A stretch of DNA of 38,938 nucleotides, taken from a virus. Taxonomy: Duplodnaviria > Caudoviricetes. Below are positions 6,719-14,667 of the stretch, piece by piece; position 1 is the first letter of the stretch; each line of letters begins with the position of its first letter. The notes below the pieces were generated by a model. The model saw nothing but the letters and a program-made list of their open reading frames with translations. It was not told the origin of the DNA and made no database searches. The DNA is taken from positions 1 to 38,938 of IMG/VR virus record IMGVR_UViG_3300033076_001279; one strand, written 5' to 3'. Position numbers and translations under genes: made by a program.

Positions 6719-7234
6719 TTATGTTTTCTTTTTTTTCAGACTCGAATAGGGTTGATTTACTTTTAGATTCATTAGAGAATCTTGTAAAAATTGCACTTTA
6801 CATTTTAGCTTTTGCTGCTCTACTTTCAGTTTCTGTATTTCTTCTGAGTTTTGCTTGGTGGATAATACATTTTGTAAAAACGTGTATATAGCAATAAATG
6901 AACCTATGAGTATTGTAATATTTTTAACCCAAAACTCAAAGGTTATTTTAAATTTTTCCCATCCTTCTTTTAAATATTTTTCCGACTTATATGAGTTTAC
7001 CCCTTCTTCTAAAAGTCCAATTGTATCTGGATTGTTGTTTCTTTTATATAAGACTTCGCTTGAAGATTCTAATTCATAAACAGTTTTTTTTATTAAAGGT
7101 ACTTCATAAGACAAGATATTTGATAGCTCTTTCAATGAATATAAATCATGGCTATTAAATCGCTCTTTTGGCATTTTCCAAAGAGCTTCTAATATTTTGT
7201 GTTTAATTCTATATTTTTGAGGTATTATTTTCAT
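6719..7234 (-). CDS. Hypothetical protein: wHTH-like N-terminus, one TM segment, coiled coil (start probably ATG 7234)
   Basis: Hydrophobic ITILIGSFIAIYTFL followed by a heptad-rich tail. Confidence 0.65.
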   Translation of the reverse strand: MKIIPQKYRIKHKILEALWKMPKERFNSHDLYSLKELSNILSYEVPLIKKTVYELESSSEVLYKRNNNPDTIGLLEEGVNSYKSEKYLKEGWEKFKITFEFWVKNITILIGSFIAIYTFLQNVLSTKQNSEEIQKLKVEQQKLKCKVQFLQDSLMNLKVNQPYSSLKKKKT

Positions 7235-7256
7235 TTTTCCAACGTACAAAAACACT

Positions 7257-7289
7257 ACTTCGGTTAAATGTATTAACCGAAGTTTTTTT
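7257..7289. terminator. Intrinsic terminator, probably bidirectional
   Basis: ACTTCGGTTAA-ATGTA-TTAACCGAAGT with T-rich tails on both strands. Confidence 0.75.
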
Positions 7290-7666
7290 TATAGCTGACT
7301 TTCAAAATAAAATACTCCATTGAACGGCTTATCAACTGTTATATCAAATAGTTGAGAAATTTTTTTCATGTATTCAATGCGTTTCAATGCTTTATTAGAT
7401 TTGGTTGTTTTGGGCAATTTAGCCAGCCGAATGTGAAAAGTTTTCATATATTCTCGAAACTGTTCTAAATCTTTTCCTCGTTTGTAATGATTGATAATTG
7501 AAATACATGGGATAAGATTATAAAACTCATCAGCATTGCCTTCTACATATTTTTGCTTAAATCTATATTGTGGCATGACGTGGTCTATTTGCCAATCATT
7601 GCCTAAAATTTGCCCTGTGTAAGCACAACGACCGCCAAATCTTGTTTGTACTTGTTCTCTTTTCAT
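7289..7666 (-). CDS. HNH endonuclease-family protein
   Basis: GRCAYTG...WQIDHVMP...NLIPC...INHYK. Confidence 0.85.
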   Translation of the reverse strand: MKREQVQTRFGGRCAYTGQILGNDWQIDHVMPQYRFKQKYVEGNADEFYNLIPCISIINHYKRGKDLEQFREYMKTFHIRLAKLPKTTKSNKALKRIEYMKKISQLFDITVDKPFNGVFYFESQL

Positions 7667-7702
7667 TTAGCTTCTATTTTTTGTACTTCAATAGAATTAA
7701 TA

Positions 7703-7915
7703 TTAATCGCATAATTCAAGTTCACTCGCTTTAAATTCATTACATACGCCATCTTTTATTTTTAAACCCCATTGAAACTCTCCATCTTCAATGTCTTTTA
7801 TACTTTTTGCCCTCCATAATTCACATGGCTGTTTAAATATATGACTACAATTCACAGAATCTTTTGCTTTAATTTTTGTGCCAATTGGCAATTTTAATAA
7901 ATCAGTAGGTTTCAT
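7703..7915 (-). CDS. Hypothetical protein
   Basis: ORF in operon context. Confidence 0.65.
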   Translation of the reverse strand: MKPTDLLKLPIGTKIKAKDSVNCSHIFKQPCELWRAKSIKDIEDGEFQWGLKIKDGVCNEFKASELELCD

Positions 7916-7936
7916 ATTATTTTTTATTTCAAATTA

Positions 7937-8842
7937 TTAAAAATCTTTCAATAAATCAATATTAACGTTTCTTTTTGCACACTTGGTATAAAGCATGGTA
8001 GTTGATAAGTCAGCGTGTCCGAGAAGTTCGCTAATCTTATCAATTGATGTATCATTGTTAAGTAAATGAGTAGCAAATGAATGTCGAAGCGTGTGGATAC
8101 ACCCTTTTGATTTTATCCCAGCCTTTTCTTTTGCTTTGTGAAATTCTGTTTCGGCTGTTCTTCCTGATAATTGCTTACCTTGCTTGTTTTGAAAAATAAA
8201 CTCATTTGATTCAACTTCTATTCCTTCAAAATACTTTCTATAATAATCAGTAAGTGTTGAGAGAACTAATTTCGGAAGCATTACATAACGCTGTTTACAG
8301 CCTTTGCCTTTCTGAACAAACAACTTCATATCGTGTCGGTTAATATCGCAAAATCTTAAATTACATATTTCGTTTAATCTTAAACCGCAACCGTAGGCAA
8401 ACATAAAGAATAGCATATATTTTAGGCTCTCTGTTGTGTTCAAAATATTTTTCACATCATCTACACTAAAAATCTTTGGTAATGGCTTAGAACGTATAAA
8501 ATTAAGTCTTTTCAAGAACTCATTATTTTCTCCGATAAAATCAAGATACTTAATTAATGCTGCTCTGATTTGAAATTTACGTGCCGAGCCTAAATCTTTT
8601 TTTAGCCAATAATATGCGTTTACAGACGTTGAATTTATTTGAGCGTTGTGTTTATCGTTTACAAATAGATAAACGTTTTTGATGTCAGAAATATATGTTG
8701 TAATAGTTTTCTGTGAATGATTGCAAATGACTAAACGCTTTTCAAACTGTTCAATATTGTGTTTTTGTTCATCAGTCAAATTTTTTAGTTTTTTAACTGG
8801 GCTTTTTTTGTACGATGGTATGATGGCTGTGTATGTGTACAT
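7937..8842 (-). CDS. Tyrosine recombinase, IntI/XerD-like; candidate cassette integrase
   Basis: LPKIFS, YGCGLRLNE (R), GKGCKQR (K), HTLRHSFATHLL (HxxR), LLGH, TTMLY (Y); short SAM-like N-terminus; no IntI-specific insertion. Confidence 0.92.
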   Translation of the reverse strand: MYTYTAIIPSYKKSPVKKLKNLTDEQKHNIEQFEKRLVICNHSQKTITTYISDIKNVYLFVNDKHNAQINSTSVNAYYWLKKDLGSARKFQIRAALIKYLDFIGENNEFLKRLNFIRSKPLPKIFSVDDVKNILNTTESLKYMLFFMFAYGCGLRLNEICNLRFCDINRHDMKLFVQKGKGCKQRYVMLPKLVLSTLTDYYRKYFEGIEVESNEFIFQNKQGKQLSGRTAETEFHKAKEKAGIKSKGCIHTLRHSFATHLLNNDTSIDKISELLGHADLSTTMLYTKCAKRNVNIDLLKDF

Positions 8843-8862
8843 AATTTTAAAATTTTAGGTAC

Positions 8863-8893
8863 AAAAAAAGAGGGCAACAAAATTGCTACCCTC
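8863..8893 (-). terminator. Intrinsic terminator just upstream of the recombinase gene
   Basis: Minus strand GAGGGTAGC-AATTTT-GTTGCCCTC-TTTTTTT. Confidence 0.75.
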
Positions 8894-8920
8894 CTACTCA
8901 CTTGTTTTGGGTGTACGAGT

Positions 8921-9148
8921 TTATAGTGTTTTGACAAATTTATTTAATGAACTTTCCCAGCTTTTTGCATTAAAATTATCCGCATAGGAGCATGAAGTTA
9001 CTAAATTGCTATGAATTTTTTGCCTTCTGAAAAAAGTTTTGCCTTTGTACTCTATTTTTTGAATTTCATAGTGGCAAAAACTTAAACCACCTATTGGTTT
9101 TTTATCAATCTTCCCTAAGTTTTCAATAATTTTTATTTTTTCTCTCAT
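8921..9148 (-). CDS. Hypothetical protein
   Basis: Tightly coupled ORF in the early operon. Confidence 0.7.
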   Translation of the reverse strand: MREKIKIIENLGKIDKKPIGGLSFCHYEIQKIEYKGKTFFRRQKIHSNLVTSCSYADNFNAKSWESSLNKFVKTL

Positions 9149-9381
9149 ATTTTATGCAATTGGTAAAAATGTGTATTCTCTGTTTTCCACTGCTCTATTT
9201 TTTCAGCAACCTTGTTTGGGTGTATTTTAGTTGTGTACTGTACTTGATTTTTAGGTTGCACAACAAACTCTATCAAGTGTGAAGTATCAGGTGTTTTATA
9301 ATTATTAAGTTTCTGCTTGCCTATTAAATCGGGCTTGTAGTTTGTTTCTAACCTTTCTTTTTGCCCTCGTTGTTTTGCCAT
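9145..9381 (-). CDS. Hypothetical protein
   Basis: Tightly coupled ORF. Confidence 0.7.
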   Translation of the reverse strand: MAKQRGQKERLETNYKPDLIGKQKLNNYKTPDTSHLIEFVVQPKNQVQYTTKIHPNKVAEKIEQWKTENTHFYQLHKI

Positions 9382-9606
9382 TTACACTGCATTTATAATA
9401 AATTGTGAAAAAATACGTAATTGTTTTTTGCTATTTTTTGTAACCAAATTTGGCTGTCTTTCAAATACAGAAACCAAACCTAATCCGTTTACAAAATCAT
9501 TATTTACAAACGTTAGTAATTCAGTTTTTCTATATTTGTTTGCAACCAAAATTTCAACATTATACTGTTTATTTGGTTTGAGTTGGTAAGATAATTCTGG
9601 CTTCAT
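9382..9606 (-). CDS. Hypothetical protein
   Basis: Tightly coupled ORF. Confidence 0.7.
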   Translation of the reverse strand: MKPELSYQLKPNKQYNVEILVANKYRKTELLTFVNNDFVNGLGLVSVFERQPNLVTKNSKKQLRIFSQFIINAV

Positions 9607-9865
9607 GTTCTAATAATTGGTTTAAAATTTCTAAATATCCTACTGTATCAGTTAGGTTATCTCTTTTGTGTTTATACTTTTCACGTCCTAATTTGACTGA
9701 TAATAGGACTTTGCAAATTTCTGATGGCTTTAAAGTTATTCCGTACATAACACGTAGTATGATTGAATAATCATCAAATGCAACAATTGGATTATTATAT
9801 TGAACATCTCTATCGCCATTTACTATTTTATCAGCTTCTAATAGTATTGATGTTTGTTCTTGCAT
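9569..9865 (-). CDS. DUF6378-like phage protein
   Basis: ILLEADKIVNGDRDVQY...KLGR...DNLTDTVGY pattern. Confidence 0.75.
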   Translation of the reverse strand: MQEQTSILLEADKIVNGDRDVQYNNPIVAFDDYSIILRVMYGITLKPSEICKVLLSVKLGREKYKHKRDNLTDTVGYLEILNQLLEHEARIILPTQTK

Positions 9866-10577
9866 CTAAGTAATTTTTGTTTTTCTCAATCATATCATAA
9901 TAATCTTTTGCAAGTTTGTTTAGATATTTTCGAGCTTCATTAACTGAATTTTGAATTGTTAGTATGCAAGTTTCAAATAATTCAACATCAAATACTTTAA
10001 AACGGCATTCCATTGGAATATGAGAATAAGAAAATTTTTTTCTTAGTTCTTCAAGTGCTTCTTGATACTCTACTGAATCATTTGAAGTAAATTTACCTTG
10101 CCAAAAAAGTTTCATTTCTTCATCAGCAAGTAATGTATCAGGCATATCTGCAAGAATATAAAATAAACGCCCTTTTTCTCGATTGAGAAGGTACAAATAC
10201 CCTTTTATTTGCCATTCATATTCCCATGTTAAATGAGCCTTCCCAAACGTAAATAAATCGTAAGCATTTTTGATGTCATAAACGTAATCTTCCATAATTA
10301 CGTCAGGTTCGCCATGGATAAATTCATTTCTAAAACGCTCACGATTTTTTGCTACAAATCGGTCTTTGTAAAAGATTTTTTGAAGGAAATCACGACCGTC
10401 TTGTTCACAAATAATACCTTTTTCAAAGTATTTTGAAATAATTTCTTTTTGTATTTTATAGATTTCTCCTACAAACAAATCATTCAAATATGTTTTATTT
10501 TGGTCAGTTAATTTTCCTGATTTAGAAACTATTTTACCAAGAGCCGAACATCGAAATTGATAATTATCAAAAATCAT
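9831..10577 (-). CDS. YqaJ/lambda-type recombination exonuclease
   Basis: FRCSALG, KGIICE, GEPD...DIK, YEWQIKGY; adjacent to RecT. Confidence 0.85.
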   Translation of the reverse strand: MIFDNYQFRCSALGKIVSKSGKLTDQNKTYLNDLFVGEIYKIQKEIISKYFEKGIICEQDGRDFLQKIFYKDRFVAKNRERFRNEFIHGEPDVIMEDYVYDIKNAYDLFTFGKAHLTWEYEWQIKGYLYLLNREKGRLFYILADMPDTLLADEEMKLFWQGKFTSNDSVEYQEALEELRKKFSYSHIPMECRFKVFDVELFETCILTIQNSVNEARKYLNKLAKDYYDMIEKNKNYLDARTNINTIRS

Positions 10578-11449
10578 AATTGAGAAAGTTTTGCTTCATA
10601 GTAATCACGTAATCCCAAATCATTAACACTGCCTTCAACATCTTTTAATTGTTGCTTTGTAGTGGCTGAATCAATAAATTGTTTACAACGCTCAATTTCT
10701 TTTTCGAGTGCAATTTCATCGGCTGTTACTGGCTCATTGTCAATATATTGCACTTCAAGTGTATCACTATTTTTTATTACAGATTGGTCTGCAATTACAG
10801 CAGTTTGCATATCGACTGAAAGAATACCAAATTTTGATAATAGCATTTTTATTACTGTTTTCTTTGCCATGCTATCAAAATCATCTTGCCATAAACCAAA
10901 GCCCTTTTTATAAGTTTGGGAAAACTTTTTGCCATGTTTTTCAAGTTCTTCTTTACTCATGTATATAGACTTTCTGAATCCGTTTAAAAGTTCTATATAT
11001 GCTACGTAGCCAATAACTGGCCGTTCAATTCTTTCATTACGTGGTTGCCATTTGAATTGAATTTCTCCACTTAAAAAGTCCTCATATTCAATTTCATCTT
11101 CACGTACATCTGTAACGTTTATTGTTTTGTACTGTCCAGAACGTTGAGCAAGTTGAATGTAGGCTTTGTAGCCTAATTGAAATTGTGCCAATTGTTTACC
11201 ACTTTTTCGGTCATTAAAAGGCACTATATAAGCCAAACCGAGCGAGTTATTCAATGGTAAATCAAGAGTAGCAGCAGTAGCGGCAGCAGTATAAACACTT
11301 TGTGGGTCTGCGTTTCGTAGCATATCATTTGAATTAACAATCTGTAAAACAGACGTAATAAATGATGCAGAACGTTTTCCAAGTAGTTGTCCGAACTTTT
11401 CTTGTACATTTTTTTGTGCAAAAAAGTCTTTTGTAGTAAGATTTGACAT
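10574..11449 (-). CDS. recT: RecT-family single-strand annealing protein
   Basis: LGLAYIVPF, AQFQLGYKAYIQLAQRSGQY, MAKKTVIKMLLSK. Confidence 0.93.
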   Translation of the reverse strand: MSNLTTKDFFAQKNVQEKFGQLLGKRSASFITSVLQIVNSNDMLRNADPQSVYTAAATAATLDLPLNNSLGLAYIVPFNDRKSGKQLAQFQLGYKAYIQLAQRSGQYKTINVTDVREDEIEYEDFLSGEIQFKWQPRNERIERPVIGYVAYIELLNGFRKSIYMSKEELEKHGKKFSQTYKKGFGLWQDDFDSMAKKTVIKMLLSKFGILSVDMQTAVIADQSVIKNSDTLEVQYIDNEPVTADEIALEKEIERCKQFIDSATTKQQLKDVEGSVNDLGLRDYYEAKLSQL

Positions 11450-12094
11450 TTACGAAAATTTATAGTTTAAAATCTGATTGACTGGAATAAATTTGGCACG
11501 TTGTCCTTTTTCTTGAATCATAATTTCGCCAAAATTATTGACAACGTATTCTTTATGATGTTTGTACTTTTCACGGGTCATTATTTTCTCTACAATCAAA
11601 GAATTTTGATAACACTCTTCAATTGTTTCAAACTGTCCTGATGCAAATAATTTGCACGTATTTTGATAGTGAAAATTACTAAGTTCCTTCATTGAAGATA
11701 GTGAAAATTGAGCTAATTTCATAGCTTTTTCTTCACTAATTTTAGGAAAAATACCTTTAAATTCAACGGCTTTAATGAGAAGTTCTGCTTCGTTAAATTG
11801 TTGAATTATTGGAAGTTGTTCAGTTACTTCTTCTACAACTTTTTGGTGTTTGTTGAGTGAAACAGTTGCTTTGTTTGCAGCTTGTTTTACTTGGTTGTAA
11901 TAAAACTTAAAAGGCTGGTCTCCTTTTATAAATTTGCGTTGAGCTACTTGAAACTGTGTAGGTGTAAGGTCAGAGTAACATTTTGAGATAGTAGCTAATG
12001 CAAGAAAAAATCTACGCATTACTGAAATTTGAATATTTTCTTTATTTGCTTTTGCAATATCCCAAGCGATTTGGAAATGTGAATTATTTTTCAT
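11450..12094 (-). CDS. Hypothetical protein
   Basis: 214-aa ORF abutting recT. Confidence 0.75.
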   Translation of the reverse strand: MKNNSHFQIAWDIAKANKENIQISVMRRFFLALATISKCYSDLTPTQFQVAQRKFIKGDQPFKFYYNQVKQAANKATVSLNKHQKVVEEVTEQLPIIQQFNEAELLIKAVEFKGIFPKISEEKAMKLAQFSLSSMKELSNFHYQNTCKLFASGQFETIEECYQNSLIVEKIMTREKYKHHKEYVVNNFGEIMIQEKGQRAKFIPVNQILNYKFS

Positions 12095-12156
12095 ATCTTG
12101 AATTATTAATCTGCATTATGCAGGTTTAACCGTTAAATTTTTACAGCCCCGAACCT

Positions 12157-12393
12157 TTATTCGGGGTTTTGTTTTTCTGGGTCAGTTACTTGATAAATTA
12201 GATAAGTAATTATCAAAAAGCAAACAGCCATAATTAGGAATCCGCACGAAATCGGAACACTTATTTTATAGTTTTTTAGTTGCAGGTCAGTAATAATATA
12301 TAGACCAATGCAAAGAAATGTGATGCCAAATCCAAGTGTAAATAACCCTATGGATGTAATTAGTCTTTCGGTAGAGTTGTTCATAATTAACAA
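12157..12393 (-). CDS. Small two-TM membrane protein
   Basis: Two hydrophobic stretches. Confidence 0.65.
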   Translation of the reverse strand: MLIMNNSTERLITSIGLFTLGFGITFLCIGLYIITDLQLKNYKISVPISCGFLIMAVCFLIITYLIYQVTDPEKQNPE

Positions 12394-12530
12394 ATCATTA
12401 TAAAATTTTCTTTAATCATTTTTGCTCTTTCAGATTCAACATCTTTCTGTATAGCTTGTAAAATTTTGCATTTGTCTTTGTAAGGCATTTGCTTAATTAA
12501 TTCAGTGATTGTTTTTGCTGTGATTACCAT
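12387..12530 (-). CDS. 47-aa hypothetical protein (MVITAKTITELIKQ...)
   Basis: Read manually; overlap-coupled with neighbours; not in the ORF track. Confidence 0.5.
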   Translation of the reverse strand: MVITAKTITELIKQMPYKDKCKILQAIQKDVESERAKMIKENFIMIC

Positions 12531-12631
12531 ATCATTACAAAGAAAAAAGACCAAAATAATACACTAAATAAAATAGCTAATAAACACCCATAATTAGGTG
12601 GTTGTTGTTTAGGAGAAAATGTGGCAGCCAT
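12524..12631 (-). CDS. 35-aa membrane peptide (MAATFSPKQQPPNYGCLLAILFSVLFW...)
   Basis: Read manually; single TM segment. Confidence 0.5.
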   Translation of the reverse strand: MAATFSPKQQPPNYGCLLAILFSVLFWSFFFVMIW

Positions 12632-12728
12632 ACATGAGGATAATTAATGTTGCTAAAACAAACCCTATTTTTTTACCTAAACTGGAGAAGTTTCCGTAAT
12701 CGAACTTATTATCGTCGTATCCTTTCAT
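12609..12728 (-). CDS. 39-aa membrane peptide (MKGYDDNKFDYG...)
   Basis: Read manually; AAAACTATG start context; single TM segment. Confidence 0.55.
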   Translation of the reverse strand: MKGYDDNKFDYGNFSSLGKKIGFVLATLIILMYGCHIFS

Positions 12729-12866
12729 AGTTTTAAAAGTTTAAAGCGGTGGGAATTTCACCCACCACATTAGATATATAAAAATTGAAAATGGTTTCTT
12801 TTTTTTAAGAAGTACCGCCAATTCAAAGCGACTGGCGGTAAATAGTTAAGTAAAAATTAACAATTT

Positions 12867-12996
12867 ATCTTTCTTGTGTGAATTAAGTGGGCAGTCAAAC
12901 GCTGCCATTAATTGTTACGTGTTTCACTAACCTCAATGAAAAAGTAAATCTTTCTTGTGTGAATTAGTGGGCGGCTCAATAAACCGCCCTTAATTG
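12867..12996. repeat. Two 81-bp-period repeats, each with a hairpin, in a non-coding gap
   Basis: ATCTTTCTTGTGTGAATTA at 12867 and 12948, each followed by GTGGGC..hairpin..TTAATTG. Confidence 0.8.
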
Positions 12997-13030
12997 AAAA
13001 CTTCAACCCTAACCTATTAAACTATGAAAC

Positions 13031-13183
13031 CTATTTACTTACTACTTTTATGGCTTCTTGCATCCCAGCTATTTTACCTTCTTGAATACTTGTAGTATGT
13101 ACTACATCAATAAGGTTTTGTATATAGTTTTTCTGTTCGTCAGTAAGCCCTATGTTTTCGAGATATTTTTTATACTGTTCCAT
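13031..13183 (-). CDS. 50-aa hypothetical protein (MEQYKKYLE...)
   Basis: ATG 13183 follows the stop of the upstream gene; the longer track ORF overlaps that gene. Confidence 0.6.
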   Translation of the reverse strand: MEQYKKYLENIGLTDEQKNYIQNLIDVVHTTSIQEGKIAGMQEAIKVVSK

Positions 13184-13184
13184 T

Positions 13185-13391
13185 TTATTTTCGAGGTATA
13201 TTGATAAACATTGAAGAACAAACTCCAAACTCCTTATCCGAATAAGTAACTCCACCATCATTTGAAAAAACTTTGCCTTCTGCAACTCCTTTTCTAAATC
13301 CTTCAAGAAATTCTTTGTTTTCTTTTTCTCTTTGGATTTTTGCATTAGCTTTCATTTCTTCAATTTCAGCTATCATTTCTTTTCGTGTCAT
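13185..13391 (-). CDS. Hypothetical protein, first gene after the operator-controlled promoter
   Basis: ORF directly downstream of the promoter at 13414-13444. Confidence 0.65.
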   Translation of the reverse strand: MTRKEMIAEIEEMKANAKIQREKENKEFLEGFRKGVAEGKVFSNDGGVTYSDKEFGVCSSMFINIPRK

Positions 13392-13413
13392 TTCGTTACC
13401 TTGTTTGATGAAT

Positions 13414-13475
13414 CAAAGTTATACAATAAATTGTAATTTACAAAATATTGTAATTAAAATTTACAAAAAATTGTG
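13414..13475 (-). promoter_or_regulatory. Early promoter overlapped by three operators
   Basis: Minus strand TTTG(13444-13441)-N19-TAACTTTG(13421-13414); TACAAnnnnTTGTA at 13422, 13439 and 13462 (last one degenerate). Confidence 0.8.
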
Positions 13476-13479
13476 TTAT

Positions 13480-13854
13480 TTAAAATAATTCTAAACAACC
13501 AATCTTTTGAAGCTCCGTTTTATCGCATGAAGAAGGTTCAAAGTACAAAAAGTTAGGTCGATTAAACATTCCTTTTTTACTAACATTTGTTTTTACAATA
13601 CAGCCAATTTTTACAAGTGTAGATATAGCACGTCTAAAATTGTAAAGTTTATAAGGCTGGCAATCTTCACAACCTACATGAAAAGGCGTTTTTTTATTAT
13701 TTTCCCAGTACTCGTAAACTTCTGATGTTGTCATCGGCATTCTTGTTTCTTTAAAAATCCTCAAAACAACTGTTTTTTCTGCTTCTGCCGTTTCAGTGTA
13801 TTTCTCTAAAACTTCTCCTGAAACTTTTGTAGTATTAAAATAAGATGTGTTCAT
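13480..13854 (-). CDS. Hypothetical protein, winged-helix-like
   Basis: MTTSEVYE...RRAISTLVKIGCIVKT pattern. Confidence 0.65.
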   Translation of the reverse strand: MNTSYFNTTKVSGEVLEKYTETAEAEKTVVLRIFKETRMPMTTSEVYEYWENNKKTPFHVGCEDCQPYKLYNFRRAISTLVKIGCIVKTNVSKKGMFNRPNFLYFEPSSCDKTELQKIGCLELF

Positions 13855-14056
13855 TGTTTAGATAAAATTTAAGGTTTGAAAAAGGTAAATCAAAATAATT
13901 TTCATCATCAAAAATAGTTGCATATTTTTTTTGAAAATTTAAAGATTTTACTGAATACATTTTCTTTTTTAAATATTCAAAATCTTTTGATTCTTGTATT
14001 TCGGTTACAAGTGCTGTGATAGTTACTTTCTGCCCTCTATTAATAACTGTAAACAT
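13835..14056 (-). CDS. Hypothetical protein
   Basis: Coupled ORF. Confidence 0.65.
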   Translation of the reverse strand: MFTVINRGQKVTITALVTEIQESKDFEYLKKKMYSVKSLNFQKKYATIFDDENYFDLPFSNLKFYLNNEHILF

Positions 14057-14195
14057 ATATTTTTTGGTTTAAATGATTAAATACACCCTATCGGGTGGGG
14101 TGGCATTTGGCTGTACTTTTGTTTCTTGTGATAATCGGTTTTCAGAAATTAAGCACCCACCCCAAAAACTTTTTTTTACTTCATAAAACACCTCC

Positions 14196-14666
14196 TTAAA
14201 GATTTAAAACTAATAATACTGCATCACGGCAATCATCATTTATTTTTGATTCGATGCCTGTAATTTTTTTGAATAATGTTCTGCCATTTACTGTCCAAGC
14301 ACCTTCACGCTTCATTCCTTGCTTATGTAAAGGCTTTCTTTCAATGAATGTAAGTTTATATTCGTTAAATAATTCGACTAAAATCTTAGCAATGGCATGA
14401 TTTTCACCTACTTTTTTAGCAATAGTTTCACGGACAAAAACATTATCTTTTGTATGTTTATTGATATGATAATTGGCTTTTTTATTCAAATACCCAGCTT
14501 CAATAACGTAAGTAATATTTTTATTTTCTCCTGCTAAAATATCTTTTACCAATCCCCAAAATGAATTAGAATAATACTTTTGAATTTTCTTTTCTTCTGA
14601 ATCCCAAATTGCAACGCCTGTATTTGTTAAATCAGGGTCAATGCCTATGTAATATCTTGTTTTCAT
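14196..14666 (-). CDS. RuvC-like/RNase H-fold nuclease (probable Holliday junction resolvase)
   Basis: YIGIDPD...TGVAIWD, YVIEAG, DDCRDA. Confidence 0.75.
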   Translation of the reverse strand: MKTRYYIGIDPDLTNTGVAIWDSEEKKIQKYYSNSFWGLVKDILAGENKNITYVIEAGYLNKKANYHINKHTKDNVFVRETIAKKVGENHAIAKILVELFNEYKLTFIERKPLHKQGMKREGAWTVNGRTLFKKITGIESKINDDCRDAVLLVLNL

Positions 14667-14667
14667 G

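Noticed and set aside
187-7666. Complete restriction-modification system (MTases plus HNH)
   Set aside because: The HNH gene is a short generic phage type outside the array on the opposite strand; nothing links it to any MTase.
1-8842. Shufflon/invertase system
   Set aside because: All sites have the same polarity and all cargo genes are complete and co-oriented, which fits excision/integration rather than inversion of partial genes.
13184-13345. N-terminal half of track ORF 13031-13345, and + strand ORF 13273-13488
   Set aside because: They overlap the better-supported 13185-13391 gene and the operator/promoter block.
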